This document shows positions 13,921 to 25,709 of a DNA stretch of 64,000 nt, piece after piece. Source of the DNA: the human T2T-CHM13v2.0 reference genome, Homo sapiens; NCBI RefSeq assembly GCF_009914755.1, contig NC_060934.1; one strand, written 5' to 3'. A program made the position numbers and the translations under genes. The notes under the pieces were generated by a model. The model saw nothing but the letters and a program-made list of their open reading frames with translations. It did no database searches and had not been told where the DNA came from. Numbering within the stretch: the stretch's first letter is position 1; each line of letters opens with the position of its first letter.

Positions 13921-15696
13921 TGAAATATTTATTTAATAAGATTAGACATTTTATAAATAACAGGCGAATTTTAAGAATTGATTCTCTGGAAATGGCAAAG
14001 AAAATAAGACTGTAAGCCCTTCCAGGGCAGGAATCTTTACGTTTGCACATCCCCAAATATTCATGGAATGGTATGGGTTGAAATAAATGAAGAAAGAAAT
14101 AACCTTTGCATGCATGTTACCAGGCACAGTGTCAGATGCAGAACAGAGACTTCATAAATGCCTGATTAAATAGGGAGCATAAGTAATAATGTAATAATAA
14201 ACTAAAGATACTAGAGATGAAGAAAATGAAACAATTAAAACCGACTAATGTCAACTGCAGCTAAATTCTGCTGGAGTTTTGCATGTATACTTGAAGGTGT
14301 TGAGATACACACACACACACACACGTTCCAGATTCTAGAAAGTAATATAAAGTCTCCATCACAACTAGATTGTCATTATACGTGAGAATTTGAGGGACAC
14401 CCTCCCAACGGTAATGAGACATGGGCTTTTCCTTTAGGAACTTTAATTTCTGTGCCTTCGGGTGGGAATTTTTTCTACTCTGGAAAAATAAAATAACTGG
14501 CAACACAGGCCACAATTTTCTTCATGAGAATGTGGTCACGGTTATTCAGAGGCAAAGAAAACAGTTACCTACCACAAAAGTATGTTTGCCTTTAGAGACA
14601 CTACCTTGGGAATATGCCTGCTAGAAAGAGCCAGAAGTACTTATGCTCGGGACCTTAAAATTGTCAGATCTCTCCAGGGGAGGAGAACTGATTTGCTGGT
14701 TTGTGTTTTGAATGAATTTCTCTTTTCAAAATATGTGGTTGGCTTTGGAAAGTACTACGCTGCTTCCATCTATACACACATAAGTATAGAAGTTTGTGTA
14801 TGCAGCGTATCTGTTATATATCTGTTCTATTTATATACACATACATTTATATTTATGCTGGAGTGTGTATATTTATGTGTGCATGTGAAATGATATTTAA
14901 ATAATACTCAGAAATAATATTTTAAGATATTGCATAATTCTGTGCTTAGGAATTTAAATGTTAATCTAGAGACAAAGTAGTTTCAGGGCTGATATTTGAA
15001 TTTATAACACTTGGAACATTTTTTTCTCCCTTACTTTGAGATAACGGGTCTGATACCATTATCTATGTTTACTTCCTTTCTATAAATGCCTTAAGGGCAA
15101 ATTGAAAACAAACAAATAAAAAACTTTGCCTTTCTCTATACATAGACACTTAAGCTGGCTTTTTTTTTTTTTCCTGGAGGAAATAACTGACAATTAAAAT
15201 TGGGTCTTTCCTTTCAATCAAAAACTGTTCCCAAACTGCTGGAGGCCTTTGCTATTGCCTCACGTTGCCTGAGAAACATAGTTTATTTTCTTTTTGGCTT
15301 TTGATGGAACAACTGAGTACTTTTAAGGAAACAAAAAGGGGACATTGGCATGAATGCAGGATCAGTTGGCAAGAAAAAAAAACCCTAAAAATGTGAGGTC
15401 ATAGGAGATGCATTACACCTATGTTTTGTATTTTATTTCTTGCAAATCGTTATTTTTAAATGAGGAAGAAAAGCCAAACCTTTAAAGTGGTGCTTGGTGT
15501 GCAGAGTCTGATTTCACTAATTTGGGAAAGAAATTTTAGTGTTGGAAGAAGTTCTATTTGAAAACATCAGCTTTGTTTTGAGTGTGGATCTGAGGTTTGG
15601 ATTAGGTGGGCAGGAAACAGTGAAGGGAGGGAGAGTGAACCCCTCCTAGGGAACGGTCAGGCCAAAGGGGAAGATGAGGAAGAGCTGACAGTATCA

Positions 15697-16191
<495 letters not shown>

Positions 16192-16469
16192 TCATTTCAG
16201 GGGAGCAGTCTCTGTGGCCACCCAAGCACCTATACTTCCTAAGCTAAGTCACCTTCCTCCTGCTTCCTTCTTCCCACTTCTCACTCTCATCTCCTTGACA
16301 GATACACTGATGTTTATATCTGTTCCCAAAAATGCCATTGGACATCTTCTTTTTTTTTGGAATTAAAAAACATTTACTATTTTAGAATAATTCCAGACAA
16401 TGAGAATGGCCACCAGGAATTTCCAAACAAATGTGAAACATGGAAGTGTCTATCTTATAGTTGTATAAA

Positions 16470-17110
16470 AACATTATGATTAATCAAAAGGGAAGACCTC
16501 CTTAAACATGACCAAAAATGTAGAAATCACAAAGGAATTTCAAAATCTAGACGACTTTTATAGCAAACAAAACAAAACAAAACAAAACAAAACAAAAAAA
16601 AACCACATGAGCAAGGCTGAAAGAGAAACAAAAGCAACAGGGTGAAATGTTTATAATGTATATGCCTGATTAAATGTTAATATTTTTCAATGTTTAGAGG
16701 AATGTTTGGCACTTGGTAAAAAAAAAAGTTAACATTGATTATTATGCCTAATCATACAAATTAGTATTAAAACTATAAACATTCTTAAAAAGATTACAAA
16801 CAGCCATTTCACATAAAAATAAATATCTGTGACTAATAAATATATGAAAAGACTTCAACCTTACTAGTCATCAAAGAAATCCAAATGAAGGGAACATAGA
16901 TATATCATTTTTTAACCTTGTGAATTGGAAAAGATTAGTACTAGGTGGTGTTGGATAGAGAGCAGAGGTATGCTTATAGGCTGTTTGAGGGAGTATAAAT
17001 TAGCATTATTTTCATGGAAGGCAGTTTGTTGATATGTATGACTATGTGTACCGCTGACCTAGTTTCTACTTCTAGGAATTTATCCTGAGGATATGTTGGA
17101 CAGTTGTGTA
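16470..17110 (+). mobile_element. Ancient L1M ORF2 3' fragment containing an (AAAAC)n tract
   Basis: Degenerate L1 motifs (aaatatatgaaaaga, catcaaagaaat, cttctaggaatttatcct); boundaries approximate. Confidence 0.55.
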
Positions 17111-17392
17111 AAGATAGATCAAAGAAAAGCTAATATTCTAAACATTTTAAATATAATTGCCTCCTTTAAGTGCTACAACAATCCTATGAGAAAGATACTT
17201 TTATTATCCCCATCTTAGAATGAGAAAAATGAGGTACAGAGCCCGAATACAGTAAAGTCACAAGACCAAAGTTTAAACCCAGGCAGTCTGGCTCCTGAAC
17301 CCACACTGGGTTCCTTTTTACACTGCCTTCTAGGTGCACAACTACATGCTGTTTTTATTCTCTCCTTAAGCCTTTAAAAAAAATTAAAGATA

Positions 17393-17710
17393 TGGCCAGG
17401 CATAGTAGCTCACGCCTGTAATCCCAGCACTTTGAAAGGCTGAGGTGGGTGGATCACTTGAGGTCAGGAGTTCAAGACCTGCCTGACCAACAGTGCAAAA
17501 CCCCATCTCTACAAAAAATACAAAAATTAGCCTGGTGTGGTGGCAGTTGCCTTTAATCCCAGCTACTCAGGAGGCTGAGGCAGGGGAATCGCTTGAACCC
17601 AGGAGATGGAGGTTGCAGTGAGCCGAGACTGCAGCACTGCACTCCAGCCAGGGTGGCAGAGTGAGACTCCATCTCAATAAATAAATAGATATAAAAATAA
17701 ATAAATAAAG
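17393..17710 (+). mobile_element. AluS
   Basis: Full dimer with (AAAT)n tail. Confidence 0.92.
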
Positions 17711-19750
17711 ATACATTTTATTATGATAAATTTCGTCCTTTTTAGTAAGCAGAGCTAAGAGCTTTGATAAATGCACCCAGACCTGTAACCACTTCCACAA
17801 CAAGACAGAGAACAGTCCCATCATGCCCAAATGTCACCCATGCTGTTTTGTAGCCAAGCCTGACCTGTCTCCTAACCCCTGGACTCCACTAATCTATTTT
17901 CCAGAACGTCATATAAATGGAGCCATACAGCCTTTTGGGTCTAGCTTCTTGCACTCAGCTCGGTGCATTTGAGATTCATCCACAATGTTGTGTGTTCCAG
18001 GAGTTCATTTTTTTACTGCTGAGTAGTATTCCACTGTGTAGATGGCCCACAGTTTATTCATCCATCCCTGGCTTAGGGAACCCTGAGGTTTTTCCAGTTT
18101 TTGCAAAGTCACTGTCAACATCGGTGTACAGCAGTTTGTGCATCAACAGGCCAATTTTGACTTGCCCGTTGTCTCTCTTTGAATCTCTCTAAAACCTTTG
18201 AAGACTTCTTTGAAACACGGTGTTGTATGTCAGGTGCAAAATTACCAAGTGGCAGCTGAAAAATCAGCAATTCTCAACTCCAGTTCACTTTGCTACTGGC
18301 TTCTAAATGACATTGAACAAGTCAATCTTCATTGCTGAATCTCTGGTGGTCTTTAAGTTTCTCTAGATGAGAAGGGCAAGAGCTCAGTAGCATTTGTTGG
18401 AGTCTGATGACTGCATTCTGGGCACTTTGATGTACAATCCAGGACTCTGCTTTGCTTTTGGACTCAGCTTTGTTCCTGCAGATTTAGGGACTCCTTGTGC
18501 CTCCATTGAGAGACAGCCAGTTTCTGGCTTTCTCCCTGGCTTCACCAGACTGGACTTCTTCCCATTCGCCTTCATAACTCAGCTCTACAGACGCCTGACT
18601 CCTGTCTTGGCAATACAACTGCCCACAGCTCACAGAATCTCCTCCAGGAACTGCCCATCACTGCCCAGGTCCCATCCTGCCAATCCTCTTCCCACAGCAC
18701 CCAAATATTTTAAAGACGAACTAAGGCCATCAAGTATAGTTGTTTAGATAAACCAACCCAAGGTTGGCTCACTTTCATACAATGATGATATTAAGAGAAA
18801 TAAGAGAATTCGAGATAATGTGTCCAATGGTGGGGTTACAGATGGCGGATACATCTGGCAATGTCCACTTGTGAGTGGGCTATGAAATTGGCTTAAGTGT
18901 CTGGCATTGCAAACACAGCTCATGTCTGTGGGAATCCAGCATTTAGATAAGTCTCCTTGACTTTGGCAAACGTGTTAATCTAAAAATAGAAGTTGCCTGT
19001 CTGCCTTGCTTTTTTATTGCAACATGCAAAATATTACTGAGAGGAAGGTTATGAGTTGAGGAAGAAATGTTTGAAAAAAAAAAAGCATGATTTTATCCCA
19101 GAAAGTAATAATCCTAACAATCTGTCTGAAATGCTTCCAAATGAACTCTGAAGAAAAACATTTATGAGTTGGAACATGGTATTAGGTTGCAACATTCTAA
19201 TTTACTGGGGGATTGTTTTCCTTTTAAAACAATCCCACAAAAAATAACAGCAGAATATCAAATGATGAGACTGCCTTATGAAAATAGTTTTCTGTATATT
19301 ATTAGCATCCTGTGGCTACAAGAATGATCCTTCCACCTTCAACTGTTTGATCCTAAACTTGTTGTATTTCGTGTCACCGTATCAAAGGCATTTAACTTTA
19401 TCCTCTTCATGGGCCACACTGAATCACATGTGTGCCGTCTGTGCAATTGCTTAAGCCTGGAGGAAGGTTTATTTCTACAGTACCAGTGTCACTTGTATGT
19501 AGCTGCCTATTGGAAAGTGTTTCACAGTCTCCAGAAGAGCGTGATAGCTCACAAAGATGCTTCCCTGACACCTAGCCTGACAGATAAACTCCTATTGATA
19601 AAAACCTAATGGGACTTGATGATTTCGCTAAGTGTTTTAGGCAGAATTGTGTCCCCCCAAAAAAGTCCTATGTTGAAGTCCTAACTGCCAGCACCTCAGA
19701 ATGTGACTGTATTAGCCTGCACCTCAGAATGTGACTATATTAGGAGATAG

Positions 19751-20636
19751 TGATATAGGAGTTAAGAAGAAATTATTTAGGCAGATATGAGGGTACGGGA
19801 GTCCTCAGTAAGGTTTTCCTTTTAATGAAAAGCAGCCCCCAAATCATTTTCTTTTCTAGCAAAGAGCAGCCTATAAAATCGAGCTGCAGACATAGACAAG
19901 CAAGCTGGAAGATTGCATGGGTGAATGCTGGCATCTGTGCCAATAAGAAAAGGCTACCTGGGACTAGCCATGTTCAAAATGGTGGCTCCATCTTTGCCAG
20001 CCAGGTATACAGGAAGAAACAGGCAACATGGCACCTGCCAGGCAAAAACTCCATTTGCATGATAAGATTAGGGTGGGGCAGCCAGCTTCCTTGCATGTTG
20101 TATAAATGTCACACCTGGTCCAACCAATCTTTGGGCCCTATGTAAATCAGACACTGCCTCCTCAAACCTGTCTATAAAATCCAGTGCACTCTGGAGAGAG
20201 AGATGTTCTTTCTTTTCTTTTCTTTTCTTTCTCTTTTTTGGAGACAGTCTCACTCTATTGCCCAGGCTGGAGTGCAATGGCTCACTGCAACCTCTCCTCC
20301 CGGGTTCAAGCAATTCTCCTGCCTTAGCCTCCTGAGCAGCTGGGATTATAGGCACTCACCACCATGCCTGGCTAATTTTTGTGTTTTCAGTAGACACAGG
20401 GTTTCACCATTTTGGCCAGGCTTGTCTCGAACTCCTGATCTCGTAATCCTCCCACCTTGGCCTCCCAAAGTGCTGGGATTACAGACATGAGCCACTGCAC
20501 CCGGCCTCCTTTCTCTTTCTTTTGCCAATCAAATCGCTGCTCCTAAACCCAGTTCTTGTGTATATCTGCACCCTCGATTCCCTTGTCGTGAAACAATGAA
20601 CCTCAGGTATTTACCCCAGACAAAAACACTGCTTCA
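19751..20636 (+). mobile_element. ERV1 solo LTR (MER50-like) nested in MLT1
   Basis: TG...CA termini (tgatataggagttaagaagaaatta ... ctgcttca); 4-bp TSD atag/gtag. Confidence 0.7.
20207..20506 (-). mobile_element. AluS nested in the MER50-like LTR
   Basis: Reverse-complement Alu with (CTTTT)n tail. Confidence 0.9.
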
Positions 20637-22110
20637 GTAGGGTCTTTAAAGAGGTAATTAGTTTAAAATGAGATCATCTGGGTGGGCCCTAATCCAATAG
20701 GACCAGTGTCCTTATAAGAAGAGGAAGCTAAGACACAGACATATGCACAGAGAGAAGTCAACATGAAGATGTAGGGAGAAGATGACCATCTACAAGCCAA
20801 AGAGAGAGGCTTAGAGGAAACCAACCCTGCTGACGCCTTGATCTTGGACTTGCAGCCTAGAGAACTGGTAGGAAATGTATCCCTGTTTGAGCCCTCCAGT
20901 CTGTGATGTGTGATGGCAGCCTTGCGATTGACGGAGTTGCAAGGGAGATGGGAGAGGAAGGGAAGAACAGGTACACAGGTGGTTCCCTATACTGGACACC
21001 CTCATCTAAGAACTCATTATTGAACTTCCAGCATGAGCCAGGTCCGACCCTAACTGCCCAGGATTCAGCAGGGGGCTTTAAAAACAGACACTCCCCTGCC
21101 TTCCAGCTACTTAGAGTCTATCAATCAACTCACTGAGGGGTCATATTACAAACACAGGCCAGGATCCACTGAATTGAAGTCCCTGGGTGGGACCTACTTT
21201 CACTGGATCACTCACATTCTGATAAGATCCTTCTCTTTCACATGTTTGAGAAGAGGAAAGAGTGTAAGTTTCTGCAATTAGTATGCAGCAGCCCTCAGGC
21301 ACAGAAAAGAGAGGTAACAGGATGAGAGGGGCTGAGCATCCCCCAGACAAGCTTCACCTGCTTCACTCTTTAGTCTGTGGTCTGGTTGGACCGCCAGCTT
21401 TCTGGCTTACGCTGGCTATCTCGTGAACTTCTCTTAGGGTTGATAGTTTTCAGGTAACCAGCTATTAATGTAATTGCAGGAAAACGTCAGTAAGAAAATC
21501 TAAAAGGGTTGGCATATAGAAAGAAGAGCATCACATGAACAATGCTTGCAAACAGGAAGGACAAAAGAGATGAAAGAGGCCTTTGTTGCTGTATTAGTTA
21601 TTTTGAAAACCTCCCATCTGTCATCCCAGAAGAGGTTTGAGACAGAGATTCCCCAAGTCAACATCTGATGGCACAGGCCTGGGTCTGGGGTGCAGAACCT
21701 GGACCCTCAGCCTTGGAGGTTGTTTTTATGCTTCCTACTGTCAGAGGCATTTGAACCAGAGCAACTCCATCTTGAATAGGGGCTGGGTAAAATAAGGCTG
21801 AGATCCACTGGGCTGCATTCCCAGGTTAGTCATTCTGAGTCACAGGATGAGATGGGAGGTCAGCACAAGATACAGGTCACAAAGACCTTGCTGATAAAAC
21901 AGGATGCAGTAAAGAAGTCGGTCAAAACCACCAAAACCGAGATGGTGACGGGAGTGACCTCTGGTCCTGCTCACTGCTCATTATATGCTAATTATAATGA
22001 ATGCATTAGCATACTAAAAGACACTCTCACCAGCCCTATGACAGTTTGCAAATGCCATGACAACGTAAGAAAATTACCCTATATGGTCTACAAACGGGAG
22101 GAACCCTCAG

Positions 22111-22140
22111 TTCTCGGAATTACCCACTCCTTTCGCAGAA
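22111..22140. promoter_or_regulatory. Tandem GAS motifs TTCTCGGAA (22111-22119) and TTCGCAGAA (22132-22140)
   Basis: Both fit TTCN3GAA at the position of the MER41B tandem STAT1 sites. Confidence 0.55.
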
Positions 22141-22304
22141 AACTTACGAATAATCCACCCCTTGTTTAGCATATAATCAAGAAGTTAACAGTAAGTATAA
22201 GCAGCTGAGCGGCCCATATGCTGCCGCTCTGCCTATGGCAGCCATTCTTTATTATCTTACTTTCTTAATAAACTTCCTTTCACTTTATGGATTCACCTCT
22301 AATT

Positions 22305-22615
22305 TATTTTGGTTTTTTTTTTTTTTTTTTTTTTTGAGATGGAGTCTCGCTCTGTCTAGCAGGCTGGAATGCAGTGGCCGATCTCTGCTCACTGCAAGCT
22401 CCGCCTCCTGGGTTCACGCCATTCTCCTGCCTCAGCCTCCCGAGTAGCTGGGACTACAGGCGCCCACCACCACGCCTGGCTAATTTTTTATATTTTTAGT
22501 AGAGACAGGGTTTCACCTCGTCAGCCAGGATGGTCTTGATCTCCTGACCTCATGATCTGCTCGCCTTGGCCTCCCAAAGTGCTGGGATTACAGGTGTGAG
22601 CCACCGCGCCCGGCC
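22305..22615 (-). mobile_element. AluY nested in MER41
   Basis: gcaagctccgcctcc and ttcacgccattc Y diagnostics; TSD gattcacctcta(a/c)tt at 22290-22304 and 22617-22631. Confidence 0.9.
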
Positions 22616-23117
22616 AGATTCACCTCTACTTCTTGCATAAGATCCAAGAACCCTCTCTTGGGGTCTGGATCAGGACCCCTTTCCAGTAACACTACCTCCG
22701 TTTGGCCAGTGGTGTTTAAAAATAAGAACAATTGATGTGCTCAAGGTGATGGATATCCTTAATACCTTGACTTGCTCATGACACATTTGTTGTGTGTATC
22801 AAAATATCTCATGTACCCCATAACTACAAATATTATGTATCAAAAAATTTAAAAATTAAAAAGGAACAATTAACTGTGCGAGTACTTTACAGCATGCAAA
22901 TTGTCTCTACAACAATCCTGAGTGGTGGGCATTGGTCTGATCACCTTTCTTTTGTGGCTGGATAGGCTAAGGTTAAGGAGCTGCAAGTGCGGCCCAGGCT
23001 GCAGAGCTGGTAACAAAAGAGAATTTAGGTACCCCGACTCACGGCGCTTTTTCCATCACACTGCCTACTCGTACTCCTGGTCTCACAGCCAAGAGAAGCT
23101 GGCATCTGAAGGCCCAG

Positions 23118-24049
23118 TGAGAAAGGAAATTAAATCTTGGGACCCCAAACTCATTAAGCCAAAGGGAGAAGTCTAGCTAGGAACTGGGTCACACAAACCT
23201 GCCTCTCCGTTTTTGGTTCCTGAACGAGATGAAAAGTTACATGCCTCCCCCATATTTTGCCCACAAGGAAATTCCTAGTGAGCTGCAAGATCTTCACTCT
23301 AGGGGGTTTCTGTTAATATTTCACCACGGCAATGTAAATTGATAGCATATCTTTATAAGTGCAGTCACCCCCACTGCCCATTTCATCTATGTCACCCCCT
23401 CTGCCCCATTTCATCTATGTTACCTTATATGAAAGGCAGGCTCCCTGCATTTTTCCTCTGCCCCACTTGTCTATGTCATCTTATGTAAAAGAAAAATGCA
23501 GATTCACTGAGCCAGACAAAGGCAGGCATGATTATTTTTCCCTACCCTCCTCTTAAATGAAAATTGTGTATTTCTCAATATTCTGCCCTTTCCCCTTTAA
23601 ATTTGGAGCCCTTAAAATTGTCTTCAGAGGCTGGGCATGGTGGCTCATGCCTGGAATCCCAGCACTATGGGAGGCCAAGGCAGGTGGATCACTTGAGGTC
23701 AGGAGTTTGAGATCAACCTGGCCAACATGGCAAAACCCCATCTCTACTAAAAATATAAAAATTAGTTGGGTGTGCTGGCATGCACCTATAATCCCAGCTA
23801 CTTGGGAGGCTGAGGAAGAGAGAATCTCTTGAACCCGGGAAGCAGAGGTTGCAGTGAGCCAAGATTGTGCCACTGCACCCCAGTCTTGGTGACAGAGCAA
23901 GACTTAAACAAACAACAATAAAAAACAAAACAAATAAACAAAAAAACATGTTTGGAGAAAGGCACAGACCTGTCTCCAGGAATGCATCCTTAAGTTTGGC
24001 AAATAAACCTCTTAAAATAATTGAGACTTGTCATTTTTCTCGATTGACA
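23118..24049 (+). mobile_element. MER4-group ERV1 solo LTR
   Basis: tgagaaaggaaattaaatcttgggaccccaaactc ... aataaacc ... ttgaca; TG/CA ends. Confidence 0.75.
23629..23946 (+). mobile_element. AluS nested in the MER4-group LTR
   Basis: Full dimer with A-rich tail. Confidence 0.9.
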
Positions 24050-24822
24050 CTGGTGAAGGCAGAACTAGGGTCAAGGGTTAAACGCTAGCCAAGAATCAGT
24101 CTGCTACTTTGAGTAACAGGAGACAGATGCCAACATTTATTTTAAAGGGCATCATCATCATCTCTACTTATATTTCCATTCTCATTCTGCACAAACATAA
24201 AATAGTTGACTGGATTTTAAGTAGAGTTGAAACACAGTGGCAAGTTAAAGATATGAGCAACAATTTATATACAAGGTGTGCAGCTGGAAGGATGCTGGTT
24301 TATTTATTCATTTATTCATATTCATTCATTCAATTATTCACTTAACAAATATCGACAAGTTGCCTTTTGTGCCAGCCGCTGCCTTGGGCATTAGGATTTC
24401 GCAGTGAGTAACGCCAAATCCACTCCCAGTCTCAACTAATACAGTGTCCAGTTTAGTGGAGCAGAAAGGACATTTATCAAAGAATTGCACACATGTGTAA
24501 TTTCCATCTGAGATCATTGTTTTCAGGGGAAGGACAACAGTTCAGGGAAGGCTTCCTGAGGAAGTGACATTTGACTGAGTGTCTAAGTGGGAAATGAACT
24601 CCTGGGAAAATGGCCAGGGCACAGAGAGACTCTGAGGCAGAAGGGATGCATCAGGTGAATGACCTGAAAATATGGCTTCCGATTTACATATTAGTAAATT
24701 CAAAGTGACATATTAAAAAACATGCAGAGGGAGGGAAGAAATAATATGAGGTTCTAAACACAGGAGAAATTGACTCCAACTAATTCATACTCCATTCCTT
24801 ATATCCTATTTTTTAAAAAAAG

Positions 24823-25709
24823 CCTGACTTTTTAATGATCACCATTCTAACTGGCAACAGATGGTATCTCATTATGGTATTGAATGGCATTTCTCTAATG
24901 ATCTGTGATGCTGAGCTTTTTTTCATACGTTTGTTGGCTGCATAAATGTCTTCTTTTGAGAAGTGTCTGTTCATATCCTTCATGCACTTTTTGATGGGGT
25001 TGTTTGTTTTTTCCTTGTAAATTTATTTAAGTTCCTTATAGATTCTGGATATTATGCTGGAGAGGATGTGGAGAAATAGGAATGCTTTTACACTGTTGGT
25101 GGGAGTGTAAATTAGTTCAACCATTGTGGAAGACAGTGTGGCGATTCCTCAAGGATCTAGAACCAGAAATACCATTTGAGCCAGCAATCCTTTTACTGGG
25201 TACATACCCAAAGGATTATAAATCATTCTACTATAAAGACACATGCACACATATGTTTATTGCAGCACTATTCACAATAGCAAAGACTTGGAACCAACCC
25301 AAAAGCCTATCAATGATAGACTGGATAAAGAAAATGTGACGCATATACACCATGGAATACCATGCAGCCATAAAAAAGGATGAGTTCATGTCCTTTGCGG
25401 GGACATGGATGAAGCTGGAAGTCATCATTCCTAGCAAACTAACACAGGAACAGAAAACCAAACACCACATGTTCTCACTCAAAAGTGGGAGTTGAACAAT
25501 GAGAACACATGGACACAGAGACAGGAACATCACATACCGGGTCCTGTTGAGGGGTGGGAGGCTAGGGAAGGGATAGCATTAGGAGAAATACTTAATGTAG
25601 ATGACGGGTTGATGGGTGCAGCAAATCACCATGGCACGGGCATGCCTATGTAATAAACCTGCATGTTCTGCACATGTATCCCAGAACTTAAAGTATATTA
25701 AGAAAAAAA
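24823..25709 (+). mobile_element. 5'-inverted (twin-primed) truncated L1PA, L1PA7/8-like
   Basis: 24823-25054 is antisense L1 ORF2; 25055 onward is sense ORF2 end, 3'UTR and polyA; TSD aaaaaaagcc at 24815-24824 and 25710-25719. Confidence 0.9.

Larger units (their letters stand above)
19633..20925 (+). mobile_element. MLT1-type MaLR LTR split by an inserted ERV1 LTR (pieces about 19633-19750 and 20641-20925)
   Basis: gaattgtgtcccccc...cctcagaatgtgact...ggagatag resumes as ggtctttaaagaggtaatt...gggccctaatccaat after the insertion; internal 28-bp tandem duplication at 19691-19743. Confidence 0.8.
21739..22691 (+). mobile_element. MER41 (MER41B-type) ERV1 solo LTR
   Basis: Begins tgtcagaggcatttgaaccagagcaactccatcttgaatagg and ends ccagtaaca; perfect 4-bp TSD ctac (21735-21738, 22692-22695); AATAAA at 22267. 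Confidence 0.88.
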
